NCBI GenBank assembly: GCA_031285625.1
Contig: JAITVV010000095.1
Coordinates: forward strand, 224,001 to 288,000
From: Prevotella sp.
GTDB lineage: Bacteria; Bacteroidota; Bacteroidia; Bacteroidales; Dysgonomonadaceae
Direction: 5' to 3'
DNA length: 64,000 nucleotides
Below the pieces are notes generated by a model, which was not told where the DNA came from, ran no database searches, and saw only the letters and a program-made list of their open reading frames with translations. A program made the position numbers and the translations under genes. Within the stretch, counting starts at the first letter, position 1. The number at the start of each line of letters is the position of its first letter. Shown here piece after piece: positions 10,853-21,230 of the stretch.

Positions 10853-11268
10853 TATGCTACTACCTTTCCATTATTTAATTTCTCTTTTACACAATAGGCT
10901 TCTTCACTATTCTTTGATCGATGATCGCGAATAAATGCAAGTTTACCTGTTGGTTCTAACATCGAATGCACCTTAGAGATAATATTATCGACCTCTTCTT
11001 TTGTATAGGCTTTCTTCTCAATTCTATTGAAAATAAATTCCGGATAATATCCTACAGCAAGGGATATATCTACTAACTTAGATATTTTATGATCATAATC
11101 ACCATTTAGAACCTGAGTAATATAACCTTTTGACACTCCTAATTTTTCGGCAAGCTGAGTTCTAGTCATATTATTCTCCTCCATATATTTTTCAACTTTG
11201 TTGTATAATTTTAGTTGTATCATTGTTGTCCAATATTCTGGTGATAACAAAAGTTCTTCGCGTGTCAT
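10852..11268 (-). CDS. XRE/Cro-C1 HTH antitoxin (HigA-like) with C-terminal extension
   Basis: MTRTQLAEKLGVSKGYITQVLNG HTH followed by a ~55-aa tail ending VVA. Confidence 0.8.
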   Translation of the reverse strand: MTREELLLSPEYWTTMIQLKLYNKVEKYMEENNMTRTQLAEKLGVSKGYITQVLNGDYDHKISKLVDISLAVGYYPEFIFNRIEKKAYTKEEVDNIISKVHSMLEPTGKLAFIRDHRSKNSEEAYCVKEKLNNGKVVA

Positions 11269-11283
11269 ATTATTATGTATTAA

Positions 11284-11697
11284 TTATTTTGTACTTAATG
11301 CTTTAATATAGTCTTTAAAATCTTGAGACTTCGTTATTAGTTTTATTTTGGATATATCTTCTTTCTGAGTTGTTTTGTACCCACCAAGTATAACAATTAC
11401 ATCAGGTTCTTGTTTATAAACATATACTCGAAGTTTTTTAGTTTTGAACTCATATAATCTATCTACTCCTTTTATTAATTTGAATTTTTTAGTGGGAAGC
11501 TTTTCATTTTCGATAGAAAGAAAATCCATATACGTATATATGTTTTTAATTTCCTTCCCTTCAGCAGAATTTTTATCTAAATCATTGCAAAATTCATCAA
11601 ATTGGCACCTATTATTCTGAAATAGTTTATAGTAAGTAAGTCTACCAGATTTTATTGATTTTAGTATTTCCGCTGTAAATGTAGTCATATTTTTCAA
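11284..11697 (-). CDS. RelE/HigB-superfamily (Gp49-like) toxin
   Basis: KFKLIKGVDRLYEFKTKKLRVYVY...IVILGGYKTTQKEDI fits the RelE/Gp49 pattern. Toxin-first order. Start may be ATG at 11688. Confidence 0.72.
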   Translation of the reverse strand: MKNMTTFTAEILKSIKSGRLTYYKLFQNNRCQFDEFCNDLDKNSAEGKEIKNIYTYMDFLSIENEKLPTKKFKLIKGVDRLYEFKTKKLRVYVYKQEPDVIVILGGYKTTQKEDISKIKLITKSQDFKDYIKALSTK

Positions 11698-11698
11698 T

Positions 11699-11754
11699 GT
11701 TTAGCTACAACTAAACTTTTTTTTATTCTTTTTTTAGTGGAATCATCAAATTTA
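11699..11754 (-). promoter_or_regulatory. Promoter and palindromic operator of the TAC operon
   Basis: TAAATTTG -7 element (11747-11754, minus) and GTTTAG-N6-CTAAAC palindrome (11699-11716) just before the toxin start. Confidence 0.5.
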
Positions 11755-11871
11755 GCAAAATATTAATTAAAAGAACAACTATTACAATTAAAACGGTTCT
11801 ACTATAAGATAATTTTCTAAAATTAAAATAATCAAAAAACTCCCACTTATATATGCTGAACCTAAGTAAAT

Positions 11872-13041
11872 CTACCTCAGCTTCTTTTTCTCAAATATTA
11901 CCCTCGAACAAGTCCAATAGATTACGATACTTATGCCACATAATCCTGCGGCAACCAGATAAAGCCCTTCGAAAGAGAAATATCCTGTTATATAGCCACC
12001 GACCAGCATACCCAGAGCCAGCCCCAGGTCGAAACCGATAAGATAGGTTGAGTTGGCTGTTCCGCGCTGGCTGTTCTCTGCCAGATTGATATATAATGTT
12101 TGTAAAGCGGGGAACATCATACCGAAGCCAATACCGATAAAAAGCCCTGAGATACAGAATGCATAGATATTATGTATAAGGGCAAATGACAGGAAAGCCA
12201 GGGCGACAATAGCCATAGCCGATACATTTACCTCATGTATCTTACCTCTGTCTACCAGCTTACCTGCAAATACACGTGAAGCAATAATACCACCCGCCCA
12301 GAACAGGAAGAAAATTCCTGCATTGGGAATACTCAATCCTTTTCCATACTGGGCAACAAAAGGCCCTATAGTACCCCATGCAAAGCAAGGCAAAAGCTGA
12401 TTGAGGAATATAGGCCAGCCTTTGAGCAGAAAGAAACGGTCGAGCGAAAGTTTCTGACTTTCTACTTTCGGCCTTACGGGAGCTTTGATAAGTGCAACAG
12501 TAATAATACCCAGCACACCCATTGTAATGGCACACCAGAGAAGCACATCGAAACTGTAGTTATTATAGATATGAATAGCAATAAAAGGCCCTATGGCCAT
12601 TGCCACATTCATAAATGTGCCATAATAACCGATACCTTCTGCACGGCGTTCCGACGGAACAACGTCGATAGCCAGCGTACTGGATGATACTGTAGACAAT
12701 CCCCAAGTGATGCCATGTACAAAACGGACAAGGACAAATAAAAGTACTGTGGTTGCCCAGAAGTATCCGAAAAAGATAAGCACATAGCATGAAAATGCCA
12801 GAAACAATATTCTCTTTCGCGGATATAGGTCTACAATAAAACCGGAAAACGGACGAACAAACATCAGGGCAATGGCATACGATGCCAGTACGATCCCCGT
12901 CTGAGACTGGGGAACGCCCATCTGCTCTGTTATATACAATGGAATGGATGGCATCAACAAGTTGAATGAACAAGCCATCAGGAAGTTTGCCAGGCAAACA
13001 TTGAGGTAGCTAAGCGACCAAAGCTTCGGTTTTTGTGACAT
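11872..13041 (-). CDS. MFS transporter
   Basis: About 12 hydrophobic segments, RPFSGFIVDLYPRKR motif A, RRAEGIGYY. ATG at 13041 preferred as start. Confidence 0.9.
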   Translation of the reverse strand: MSQKPKLWSLSYLNVCLANFLMACSFNLLMPSIPLYITEQMGVPQSQTGIVLASYAIALMFVRPFSGFIVDLYPRKRILFLAFSCYVLIFFGYFWATTVLLFVLVRFVHGITWGLSTVSSSTLAIDVVPSERRAEGIGYYGTFMNVAMAIGPFIAIHIYNNYSFDVLLWCAITMGVLGIITVALIKAPVRPKVESQKLSLDRFFLLKGWPIFLNQLLPCFAWGTIGPFVAQYGKGLSIPNAGIFFLFWAGGIIASRVFAGKLVDRGKIHEVNVSAMAIVALAFLSFALIHNIYAFCISGLFIGIGFGMMFPALQTLYINLAENSQRGTANSTYLIGFDLGLALGMLVGGYITGYFSFEGLYLVAAGLCGISIVIYWTCSRVIFEKKKLR

Positions 13042-13110
13042 ATCAATATTATCAAAAAAATAAAATGCTTCCGTAAACAGAAGCATTTTATCAATTATCT
13101 AAATGACTTA

Positions 13111-13632
13111 TTATCTGATTCCCAGTTTCTGTTTTACAAAAGGTGTTGCGTCTGTAGCATCGGGTGTAACAAAGGCTATTCCCGGATTTGCCAAATCATA
13201 TATGCACACAAAACCTCTTTCTACTCCTACTTTATAGATCGCATCCTTCACTTTCTGTTTCATCGGATCTATCAGTTCTTTTTCCTGATTGCTGACATCC
13301 TCCTGCGCTACTTTCATAAAATCATTGATCTGGCGTTCCAGTTCATACAATTCCTGCATACGGCGAAGCCTTATATTTTCGGCCATCGATGTCTGATAGG
13401 AAATAAAGTCGGAATATTTTTTATTATAATCATTCTGCATCACAGTCAGTTCTTCTTTGTATTTATTGTTCAGGTCGATCAACTTATTAGACGCACGCAC
13501 TTTTTCAGGCATGGCTTCCAATATCTCATTGGAGTTGATATAAGCTATCTGCTGAACAGTTGTTTGTGCAGTTATATTTTCTACAAAAAAGAGTGAGATT
13601 GCGAGGACAGCTATAAGATAAAACTTTTTCAT
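13111..13632 (-). CDS. OmpH/Skp family periplasmic chaperone
   Basis: Signal peptide, IAYINSNEILEAMPE, coiled coil, DATPFVKQKLG end. Confidence 0.88.
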   Translation of the reverse strand: MKKFYLIAVLAISLFFVENITAQTTVQQIAYINSNEILEAMPEKVRASNKLIDLNNKYKEELTVMQNDYNKKYSDFISYQTSMAENIRLRRMQELYELERQINDFMKVAQEDVSNQEKELIDPMKQKVKDAIYKVGVERGFVCIYDLANPGIAFVTPDATDATPFVKQKLGIR

Positions 13633-13681
13633 CTTGATAAATTGTTGTTTGTGGTGCGACAACTATCCGAATCTGACGAAG

Positions 13682-13803
13682 AAAATTTAACCCTTCACCT
13701 GTTGATAGTTGTGTGTTTCGGTGGCATGGTTAGTACCACCGACTTTCAAGGCAAGATTGCTTGGCTACAACTATCAATTGGTTTCTTAGGTTAAATCTTT
13801 ATA
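13682..13803 (-). ncRNA. Candidate structured RNA (6S-like RNA or ompH leader)
   Basis: Nested stems 13682-13693/13788-13799 and 13702-13712/13767-13777 with two inner hairpins. Starts just after a TTTG-N18-TATCTTTG promoter. Confidence 0.5.
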
Positions 13804-13833
13804 TTGAATGCAAAGATACACAATAATTTAATA

Positions 13834-16722
13834 TTACAAAGTTTTCTTTACTTCTATTTCTTCAAAAGGTTCAATTACGTCACCTACTTTTATATCATTA
13901 TAATTGTGAATATTCAGACCACACTCATATCCGGCAGCAACTTCTTTCACATCGTCCTTGAATCGTTTCAACGATCCCAGTTCGCCGGAATAGATTACAA
14001 TACCATCGCGGATAAGGCGTATCTTATTGGCACGTTTCAGTTTACCTTCTTTTACCATACATCCGGCAACTGTACCAACCTTCGTGATCTTGAACACTTC
14101 ACGCACTTCTACATATCCGGTGAGTACCTCTTTGATTTCCGGTGATAACATACCTTCCATCGCCGATTTCACTTCTTCTATAGCGTCGTAAATGATAGAG
14201 TACAGGCGGATTTCAACACCGTCTTTATCAGCAGCCCTGCGTGCAGCCTGTGAAGGACGCACCTGGAACCCGATAATAATAGCATCGGATGCAGCAGCCA
14301 ATGTAGTATCCGATTCGGATATCTGCCCTACTGCTTTGTGAATTACATTCACCTGTATTTCTTCTGTCGAAAGTCTTATCAATGAGTCGGACAATGCTTC
14401 TACCGATCCGTCTACGTCTCCCTTTACAATTACGTTCAACTGCTGGAAGTTTCCGATAGCTATACGGCGGCCGATATCGTCCAGTGTAAGTATCTTCTGT
14501 GTACGCAAACCTTGTTCACGCTGTAGTTGTTCACGTTTCGAAGCAATTTCACGTGCTTCCTGTTCCGATTCCAGAACGTGGAATATGTCTCCGGCCTGTG
14601 GCGCACCATTCAATCCGAGAATTAAAGCAGGTGCTGCAGGTGCTGCAGATTCTATACTTTGGTTACGTTCGTTGAACATTGCCTTTACACGTCCAAAATA
14701 TGTTCCTGCCAATACGATATCCCCTTTTTTGAGTGTACCGTTTTCTACAAGGATAGTAGACAGGTAACCTCTACCTTTGTCGAGAGATGATTCGATAACC
14801 GACCCTGTTGCTCTTCTGTTTGGATTTGCTTTCAGATCAAGCATCTCGGCTTCGAGCAATACTTTCTCAAGTAACTCGTCAACTCCGAGTCCTTGTTTGG
14901 CTGAAATATCCTGAGACTGGTATTTTCCTCCCCATGATTCCACGAGGTAATTCATATTTGCCAGGGTCTCTTTTATCTTTTCAGGATTGGCTCCCGGTTT
15001 ATCTATTTTATTAATAGCGAATACAATTGGCACCCCTGCCGCAGAAGCATGGTTGATAGCCTCTACTGTCTGAGGCATGACATTATCGTCAGCCGCAACT
15101 ATAATAATTGCAATATCGGTTACTTTAGCACCACGAGCACGCATCGCTGTAAAGGCTTCGTGTCCCGGTGTATCGAGGAATGTAATACGGCGTCCCGATT
15201 TCAGCTTCACATTGTATGCTCCGATGTGCTGTGTGATACCTCCGGCCTCACCCGCGATAACGTTGGTTTGGCGTATGGTATCCAGTAACGAAGTTTTACC
15301 GTGGTCAACATGTCCCATCACAGTAACGATAGGTGCGCGAGGTTCCAGATCTTCCGGATTATCCTCCTCTTCGTTGATCGCTTCTACTACTTCGGCACTT
15401 ACGTATTCTGTTTTGAATCCGAACTCTTCGGCAACGATATTGATTGTTTCTGCATCGAGGCGCTGATTGATAGACACCATAATACCGATGCTCATACAGG
15501 TAGAAATAACTTTTACTACAGGAACATTCATCATGTTAGCCAGATCGTTCGCTGTAACAAATTCGGTAATCTTAAGAACTTTGCTTTCTTGTTCTTGCAA
15601 TTCCATTTCTTCGAGCTGTCTTTGAGAAACAGCATCGCGTTTTTCTTTTCTGTATTTAGCTCCCTTGTTCTTACCTCCTTTTTTGGTCAGGCGGGCAAGG
15701 GTTTCTTTTATTTGTTTTTGTACATCTTCTTCGTTTACAGCTTGTTTTATAACAGGCTTGCGAATACTATGTCTCGATTTGTTATCGCCACCACCATGTT
15801 GAGGTCCGCCTCCTTGGTTACCACCTTGAGGAAAAGCGCCTTTTTCAATATCTACCTTTCCTTTTTTAATACGGTTACGTTTCTTCTTGGCAGCGTCGTC
15901 GTTATCGGCGTTTGCTTTTCTTTTCTTAGCTTCTTCGTCTGTCTCTTTTTTCAACAGGCGAACAGTATTTTCTTTAACCTTTTTCTGATCCTGCATTTCT
16001 TTTTCAAGGCGCTCTTTCTTTTTCTCCGCTTTGGTTTTCTTTGCAGGACGGGTTTTATCATTGATGGTGCTGAGATCGATAGAACCTTTTACTACAATAT
16101 TGGATTTTATTGTAGCTTTGTTCAGCCTGAATACATCATCACCTTCTTTTTTCTCCTCTTCTTCTACAGGCGCTGCTGTTTCCCTGATTTCTTCTTTTGG
16201 TTCAGGGTGTACAGGTTCTTTCTCTGCTATTACTACTTCTTTTGGTTCTTCTTTTACAAGCACAGGCTCTTCTTTTACTTCTTCCTTTACAACAGGCTGC
16301 TCGGGTTGTTCTTCTACAACCGGCCCAACCTCTGGTTCAGGTGATTTTACTTCTGCTGGTTTTACTACTTCTACCTTCTTAGGTCTGTTCAGTGCATCCA
16401 AGTCTATTTTATCCACCACTTGTACATGTGGTTTGATAGAGTCGGGCACTTCTGTCTTTATTTCTTCCGGTTCATTCTGAGCTTTAGGTTCTTCCCGTTT
16501 TTCCGAAGCTTTGATGATTTCCTTCTTTTCTTCGCGTTTACTAAGTAAAGCATCGATATCAAGGTCTCTTCCAAATTCTCTTACCAGTAATTCATACGGT
16601 TCACTACCAATCTTAGTATTTGGATTCGACTCAACATCAAATCCTTTCTTATGCAGAAATTCAACAAGACTGTTGATTCCTACATTCAAATCTTTGGATA
16701 TTCTTATTAATCTTATAGACAT
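13834..16722 (-). CDS. infB: Translation initiation factor IF-2
   Basis: [32 protein letters not shown]; downstream of nusA. Confidence 0.99.
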   Translation of the reverse strand: MSIRLIRISKDLNVGINSLVEFLHKKGFDVESNPNTKIGSEPYELLVREFGRDLDIDALLSKREEKKEIIKASEKREEPKAQNEPEEIKTEVPDSIKPHVQVVDKIDLDALNRPKKVEVVKPAEVKSPEPEVGPVVEEQPEQPVVKEEVKEEPVLVKEEPKEVVIAEKEPVHPEPKEEIRETAAPVEEEEKKEGDDVFRLNKATIKSNIVVKGSIDLSTINDKTRPAKKTKAEKKKERLEKEMQDQKKVKENTVRLLKKETDEEAKKRKANADNDDAAKKKRNRIKKGKVDIEKGAFPQGGNQGGGPQHGGGDNKSRHSIRKPVIKQAVNEEDVQKQIKETLARLTKKGGKNKGAKYRKEKRDAVSQRQLEEMELQEQESKVLKITEFVTANDLANMMNVPVVKVISTCMSIGIMVSINQRLDAETINIVAEEFGFKTEYVSAEVVEAINEEEDNPEDLEPRAPIVTVMGHVDHGKTSLLDTIRQTNVIAGEAGGITQHIGAYNVKLKSGRRITFLDTPGHEAFTAMRARGAKVTDIAIIIVAADDNVMPQTVEAINHASAAGVPIVFAINKIDKPGANPEKIKETLANMNYLVESWGGKYQSQDISAKQGLGVDELLEKVLLEAEMLDLKANPNRRATGSVIESSLDKGRGYLSTILVENGTLKKGDIVLAGTYFGRVKAMFNERNQSIESAAPAAPALILGLNGAPQAGDIFHVLESEQEAREIASKREQLQREQGLRTQKILTLDDIGRRIAIGNFQQLNVIVKGDVDGSVEALSDSLIRLSTEEIQVNVIHKAVGQISESDTTLAAASDAIIIGFQVRPSQAARRAADKDGVEIRLYSIIYDAIEEVKSAMEGMLSPEIKEVLTGYVEVREVFKITKVGTVAGCMVKEGKLKRANKIRLIRDGIVIYSGELGSLKRFKDDVKEVAAGYECGLNIHNYNDIKVGDVIEPFEEIEVKKTL

Positions 16723-16842
16723 ATATTCTTATTAAATCTAAAAAATGGACAGTGAACCTAATAAATGCTTCTGAAAAATGAAGGTGGTAGACTTTCTCCG
16801 GATACAAAAGTATTAAGAAATCAGCTAATCACCAAATAAAGC

Positions 16843-18099
16843 TTACTCTTCATCATCGAATTCGGCACTTAGGATAGAAAGTATTTCGTCCACTGTGTTT
16901 TCTTCAAGGTCGGCTTCCTGGATCAGTTTTTCCCTGCTTGTAGCCAACACATTCTTAGCGGTTACACAGCCGATTTTCTTCAGCTGGTCAATTACCCATC
17001 CGTCAATTTCGTCACGGAATTCATCCAAATAGATATCTTCTTCGTCGAAATCATCTATATCACGGTATACATCGATTGTGTATCCTGTAAGCATACTGGC
17101 CAGTTTGATATTGAAACCGCCTTTACCGATAGCAAGTGATACTTCTTCGGGGCGAAGCAATACTTCTGCACGTTTCTCTTCTTCGTTTATCTTTACCGAA
17201 GTGATCTTAGCAGGGCTCAGTGCACGCTGTATATACAGGTTGAGATTTGATGTATAGTTGATAATATCGATGTTCTCGTTGCGCAACTCACGAACGATAC
17301 CATGTATACGCGAACCTTTCATCCCAACGCAGGCTCCCACAGGGTCGATGCGTTCGTCATATGATTCTACGGCAACTTTTGCTCTTTCGCCGGGTATACG
17401 TGCAATATTTTTTATTGTTATCAGTCCGTCGTTTATTTCCGGAACTTCAAGTTCCAGCAACCTTTCAAGGAATACCGGTGAAGTCCGTGATAGAATAATC
17501 TTAGGATTGTTATTTTTGTTTTCTACTCTTTCTACTACAGCGCGTACATGCTCGCCTTTGCGGAAAAAGTCGCTAGGGATCTGTTCTGTCTTCGGCAACA
17601 GAAGTTCTTCTTTTTCGTCGTCCAGCAACAGGATTTCTTTTTTCCAAATCTGGTAAACTTCGCCGGATACGATTTCTCCGATTTTTTCTTTATAGCGGTT
17701 ATACAGGCCTTCTTTCTGTAGTTCCAATATTTTCGAAGTCAATGTTTGACGCAGGTTAAGGATAGCACGGCGTCCAAAGTCTTCGAAGAATACTTCGTCT
17801 GTTACTTCTTCCCCTACTTCAAAGTCTTCATCTATTTTTTTAGCTTCAGAAAGAGCTATTTCTGTATTTTCATCTTCCAATTCGTCGTCTTCCACAATAA
17901 TGCGGTTGCGCCATATCTCAAGGTCTCCTTTGTCAGGGTTGATGATAACATCATAGTTGTCATTCGATCCAAACAATTTTGCTATTACGTTGCGGAAAGA
18001 GTCTTCGAGCACACTGATCATTGTCATCCGGTCGATGCTCTTCAATTCTTTAAATTCTGAGAATGTATCAATCAGATTGATAGTTTCTTTCTTAGCCAT
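16843..18099 (-). CDS. nusA: Transcription termination factor NusA
   Basis: ARIPGERAKVAV, DPVGACVGMKGSRI, SLAIGKGG. Confidence 0.99.
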   Translation of the reverse strand: MAKKETINLIDTFSEFKELKSIDRMTMISVLEDSFRNVIAKLFGSNDNYDVIINPDKGDLEIWRNRIIVEDDELEDENTEIALSEAKKIDEDFEVGEEVTDEVFFEDFGRRAILNLRQTLTSKILELQKEGLYNRYKEKIGEIVSGEVYQIWKKEILLLDDEKEELLLPKTEQIPSDFFRKGEHVRAVVERVENKNNNPKIILSRTSPVFLERLLELEVPEINDGLITIKNIARIPGERAKVAVESYDERIDPVGACVGMKGSRIHGIVRELRNENIDIINYTSNLNLYIQRALSPAKITSVKINEEEKRAEVLLRPEEVSLAIGKGGFNIKLASMLTGYTIDVYRDIDDFDEEDIYLDEFRDEIDGWVIDQLKKIGCVTAKNVLATSREKLIQEADLEENTVDEILSILSAEFDDEE

Positions 18100-18104
18100 G
18101 ATTG

Positions 18105-18572
18105 TTATTTAAATCTTATTAAGTATTTTGTATATTTTACGTCGTCATATCCAAAAGAGAAGTCTTCTTCTACTGCAACTTTTTTCTTAGCGCCTTCGGG
18201 TTTTACCATCTTGGTAATAGTGACCACAAATCCATTATCGTCACAAGACTTGAGAATTCCGGAAAGCTTTTGTCCTTTTTTGGACAGCACCTCCACTTCG
18301 TTCCCTACATTTTTTTGATACTGGCGCGGGATTCTGAATGGTGATGTAATCCCTACCGAACCAACCTCCAGTTCAAAATCTTCCGTATCCCTGTCTAATT
18401 GAGATTCTATATTGCGGCTCAAGGCAATACAATCGTCAATACCAATACCCTCATCGCTATCGACCTCTACTACAATAATGTTTCCCGGTCTTACAGCAAC
18501 ATCTACAAGAAACATTGTTGTTCCTTCCAGATGCTTTTCTGTTATATCTCTAATGAATTCTTTTTCTATCAT
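18105..18572 (-). CDS. rimP: Ribosome maturation factor RimP
   Basis: IDDCIALSR...DFELEVGSVG..PF...RQY; first gene of rimP-nusA-infB. Confidence 0.95.
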   Translation of the reverse strand: MIEKEFIRDITEKHLEGTTMFLVDVAVRPGNIIVVEVDSDEGIGIDDCIALSRNIESQLDRDTEDFELEVGSVGITSPFRIPRQYQKNVGNEVEVLSKKGQKLSGILKSCDDNGFVVTITKMVKPEGAKKKVAVEEDFSFGYDDVKYTKYLIRFK

Positions 18573-18759
18573 TTATCGAAGCAATAAAAAAAGGAAGCGC
18601 CAGCCTCCTCTCCCTCTTTAATTTCGAAGACAAAAGTACAAAAAAATATTTTTTGTTCCAAATTTAAGTACAAGTATTATATGATATAAGAATAATTCTT
18701 AATATCAGAGGGTTGTCATTATTTCATATCTCTTAGAATTTATCCTTTTCTTGTTTTCA

Positions 18760-18874
18760 TTGTCATGTTGAACGAAGTGAAACATCTCGCCCCATTTATC
18801 AAGGAAAAAGGCTAAGAGATTCTTCACTTCGTTCTGAAACAACGTTCGACGGAACGAAGTGTAGTCAATGACAA
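18760..18874. repeat. REP-like palindromic element, copy 2
   Basis: TTGTCATGTTGAACGAAGTGAAACATCTCG.CCCATTTATCAAGGA...ATGACAA; first ~46 nt nearly identical to the reverse complement of copy 1. Confidence 0.8.
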
Positions 18875-18948
18875 CACTTTGTTAGTATAATTATATTCTA
18901 CAATCTATGATTACGTGTATAAAAAGTAGAAAAAAAACAATCGTATCA

Positions 18949-20472
18949 TTAGTCTAGTTGTACCGAATAAGTTATATCACTGGTTGCATTGTCTTTGATG
19001 TTTGCTACCGTAAAGGTTATCGGATACCAGTTGTTAAACATATTTCCCTTTGTTTTGGCATCGTATGCTTTTATCACATCTGCTTTTCCGCTGTCCATGA
19101 GCAGATCACCGTTATTATCGAAATGGATGTGATAAAAATTTGACGATTCTATGATCTTCGTCTCTTTCTCCAGAAGTAACCCATCATGCATTACTCTGTC
19201 TACAGCCTTTCTTACATCTTCTGCCAGATAATCCGACTCGATAACCAAAAGACCTATTCTACCATAACTTACCGACATAACATACGATACTCCTTTGGCC
19301 ATATCTTCCGCTTTTATAGTCTCTTTAGTAAGACTATCCGGATCGTCCGGAGAATCCATATCGAAACTGAACAGGTTGCGTTTGAAAGAATATATAATTC
19401 CACATTCTTTCTCCATGTCCGCATTTTTATACGAACTTCCTGATATCACTTCATCCAGTTTGATTCCCATATTCACCATCCCTATTGCATGCAACTCTTT
19501 ACGCGAATAATATTCAGTATAGTCACTTTTTGTAATATCCTGGCTAAGAGATGGCTTACTATCCATTATCTGCTTCGCAAAAGCATTCTGCTCAGCCAGA
19601 GAAGGAACGTAGGTCTTTGTTATTTCACCACTACTGACATAGGTTGGTGTGGAAATGGTGACAGGATTGAATGTATATCCTGTAAACTCATGAATATCGG
19701 TATTGGACGTCGCATCCGGACATATCAGATTTCCCAAGTATATTTTATCGCTAATAGCCGGGTTTATATATAGCCTTGTCGCATTTATTTCGAAATCGTC
19801 AAATTTCGTGGAAAACTTCACAGAATTAAATCTAAAAATTGGCAAACTTGGAGGCCGGAGTATATCTTTTCGCCCGACCTGAGACAGAGTCAGAGTTTCT
19901 TTTATTTTCCCATCGGTAAATGTGATGGCCGCCTGCCTACCCTGTACCCCTTCATATCTAGTTGCCTTGATGGTTATTTCTGCCGATTTATCTCCCGACA
20001 TGGGATTTACAGTAATCCAGTCAGGCACATCGTTTACTTCCCACTTCGTATTAGTTGTTAATTTTATCACTTTATCTTCACCAAAAACAGACAGGGCCAT
20101 CATTTTTTCATCTAGTTTTATAAAAGGATCCAAATCTTTCACACCCAACTGTTCTACTTCCAAATTCTGAATATTGTCCCCACAACGGAAAACAAGGGTT
20201 CCTTTTCGCCCCTCCATATCTTCATTTGCGGTAAGCTGAACAACAACTTCTCCGGAATACTCCGAAGAAGAGGGAGTCACAGTAATCCATTCGGGGACTC
20301 CTTCTACAGCCCATGTGAAATTGCATGTAAGATTCACGACCACCATTCCACCCATGGCATCTATTGTTATAGACTTTTTATCTAACCGGATAGAAGTGTC
20401 ATCTTTATCGTCGCATGAAAAGAAAGTAAGTGTTAAGAATGCAACCACAAGGGTTAAGAATAAATTTTTCAT
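18949..20472 (-). CDS. Lipoprotein with two BACON domains and a cholesterol-dependent-cytolysin-like (CDCL) core
   Basis: Lipobox FFSC, two W..VP.WITV.P..G BACON repeats, then IYLGNLI, FKRNLFSFDMDSP, YVMSVSYGR and YPITFTVANIKDN motifs. Confidence 0.75.
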   Translation of the reverse strand: MKNLFLTLVVAFLTLTFFSCDDKDDTSIRLDKKSITIDAMGGMVVVNLTCNFTWAVEGVPEWITVTPSSSEYSGEVVVQLTANEDMEGRKGTLVFRCGDNIQNLEVEQLGVKDLDPFIKLDEKMMALSVFGEDKVIKLTTNTKWEVNDVPDWITVNPMSGDKSAEITIKATRYEGVQGRQAAITFTDGKIKETLTLSQVGRKDILRPPSLPIFRFNSVKFSTKFDDFEINATRLYINPAISDKIYLGNLICPDATSNTDIHEFTGYTFNPVTISTPTYVSSGEITKTYVPSLAEQNAFAKQIMDSKPSLSQDITKSDYTEYYSRKELHAIGMVNMGIKLDEVISGSSYKNADMEKECGIIYSFKRNLFSFDMDSPDDPDSLTKETIKAEDMAKGVSYVMSVSYGRIGLLVIESDYLAEDVRKAVDRVMHDGLLLEKETKIIESSNFYHIHFDNNGDLLMDSGKADVIKAYDAKTKGNMFNNWYPITFTVANIKDNATSDITYSVQLD

Positions 20473-20570
20473 AGGGCAGTTGTTTTCAGATTGTTAACAA
20501 ATATAAGCATAAATCTGAATCCGAAAGCAAATATTACTATATTTACATAGTTTGATAGATAAAAAATAAA

Positions 20571-21230
20571 ATGTTTGACAATATAGAACTTTTTACAAAA
20601 CGTAATAATATAGCGGTACCACCCGACAGGGATCTGACAACTAAATCAGTCATTCACTGTACATGCGAGCTAAGTACAGGATTTGGAAGTAAGAATATAA
20701 AGTGGACATATGGAAATTCAATCAAGCTCACAAAGATGATTGAATTTTACAATAAATTATATTTTTTCGAAACTCATTCTAGTGTAGAAGAATTTGAATA
20801 TCAATTTGCTCACAATGATTTCTTTTATATTTTCAGTTGTTACAGAAGAGATAGGGATTTATTGTATGCCTTAAAAATGAGGTACTATGATAGGGAAAGA
20901 GTCTTGTTGGAAAAGAAAAACGTATACTGGAGAAATGAATTTTATATACACATAATGAAGAAACTGACATCATGCACCAATAATGATGTGAGTACCAAGA
21001 TAGGCGAACTGTTTTTTAAGATACGAAACGACTATCCTCACGACTATGAATATAAGATCGGACAGAAGGTAAAAACGCTATTGAGTGAAAATATAAAAAC
21101 CAAAAGAACAGGTTATGTGATAAACAGATTTTACCATGATAAGCGAAAAACAAGGTTGTACCAAATAATGGAAGATGGCACCCTATTAAATACATGGTAT
21201 CGTCCGGATGAACTGGAAAAGATTGATTAG
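20571..21230 (+). CDS. Hypothetical protein with C-terminal SH3/KOW-like segment
   Basis: 219-aa AT-rich ORF; YKIGQKVK...WYRPDELE tail. Confidence 0.6.
   Translation: MFDNIELFTKRNNIAVPPDRDLTTKSVIHCTCELSTGFGSKNIKWTYGNSIKLTKMIEFYNKLYFFETHSSVEEFEYQFAHNDFFYIFSCYRRDRDLLYALKMRYYDRERVLLEKKNVYWRNEFYIHIMKKLTSCTNNDVSTKIGELFFKIRNDYPHDYEYKIGQKVKTLLSENIKTKRTGYVINRFYHDKRKTRLYQIMEDGTLLNTWYRPDELEKID

Noticed and set aside
10271-11871. Integrative element with att repeats at tRNA-Arg
   Set aside because: No duplicate of the tRNA 3' end and no integrase found; reported only as an AT-rich islet.
15301-16480. Long plus-strand ORFs (347 aa, 149 aa) opposite infB
   Set aside because: Antisense shadows of the Lys/Glu-rich infB coding sequence. 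The same applies to most short overlapping ORFs in the track.
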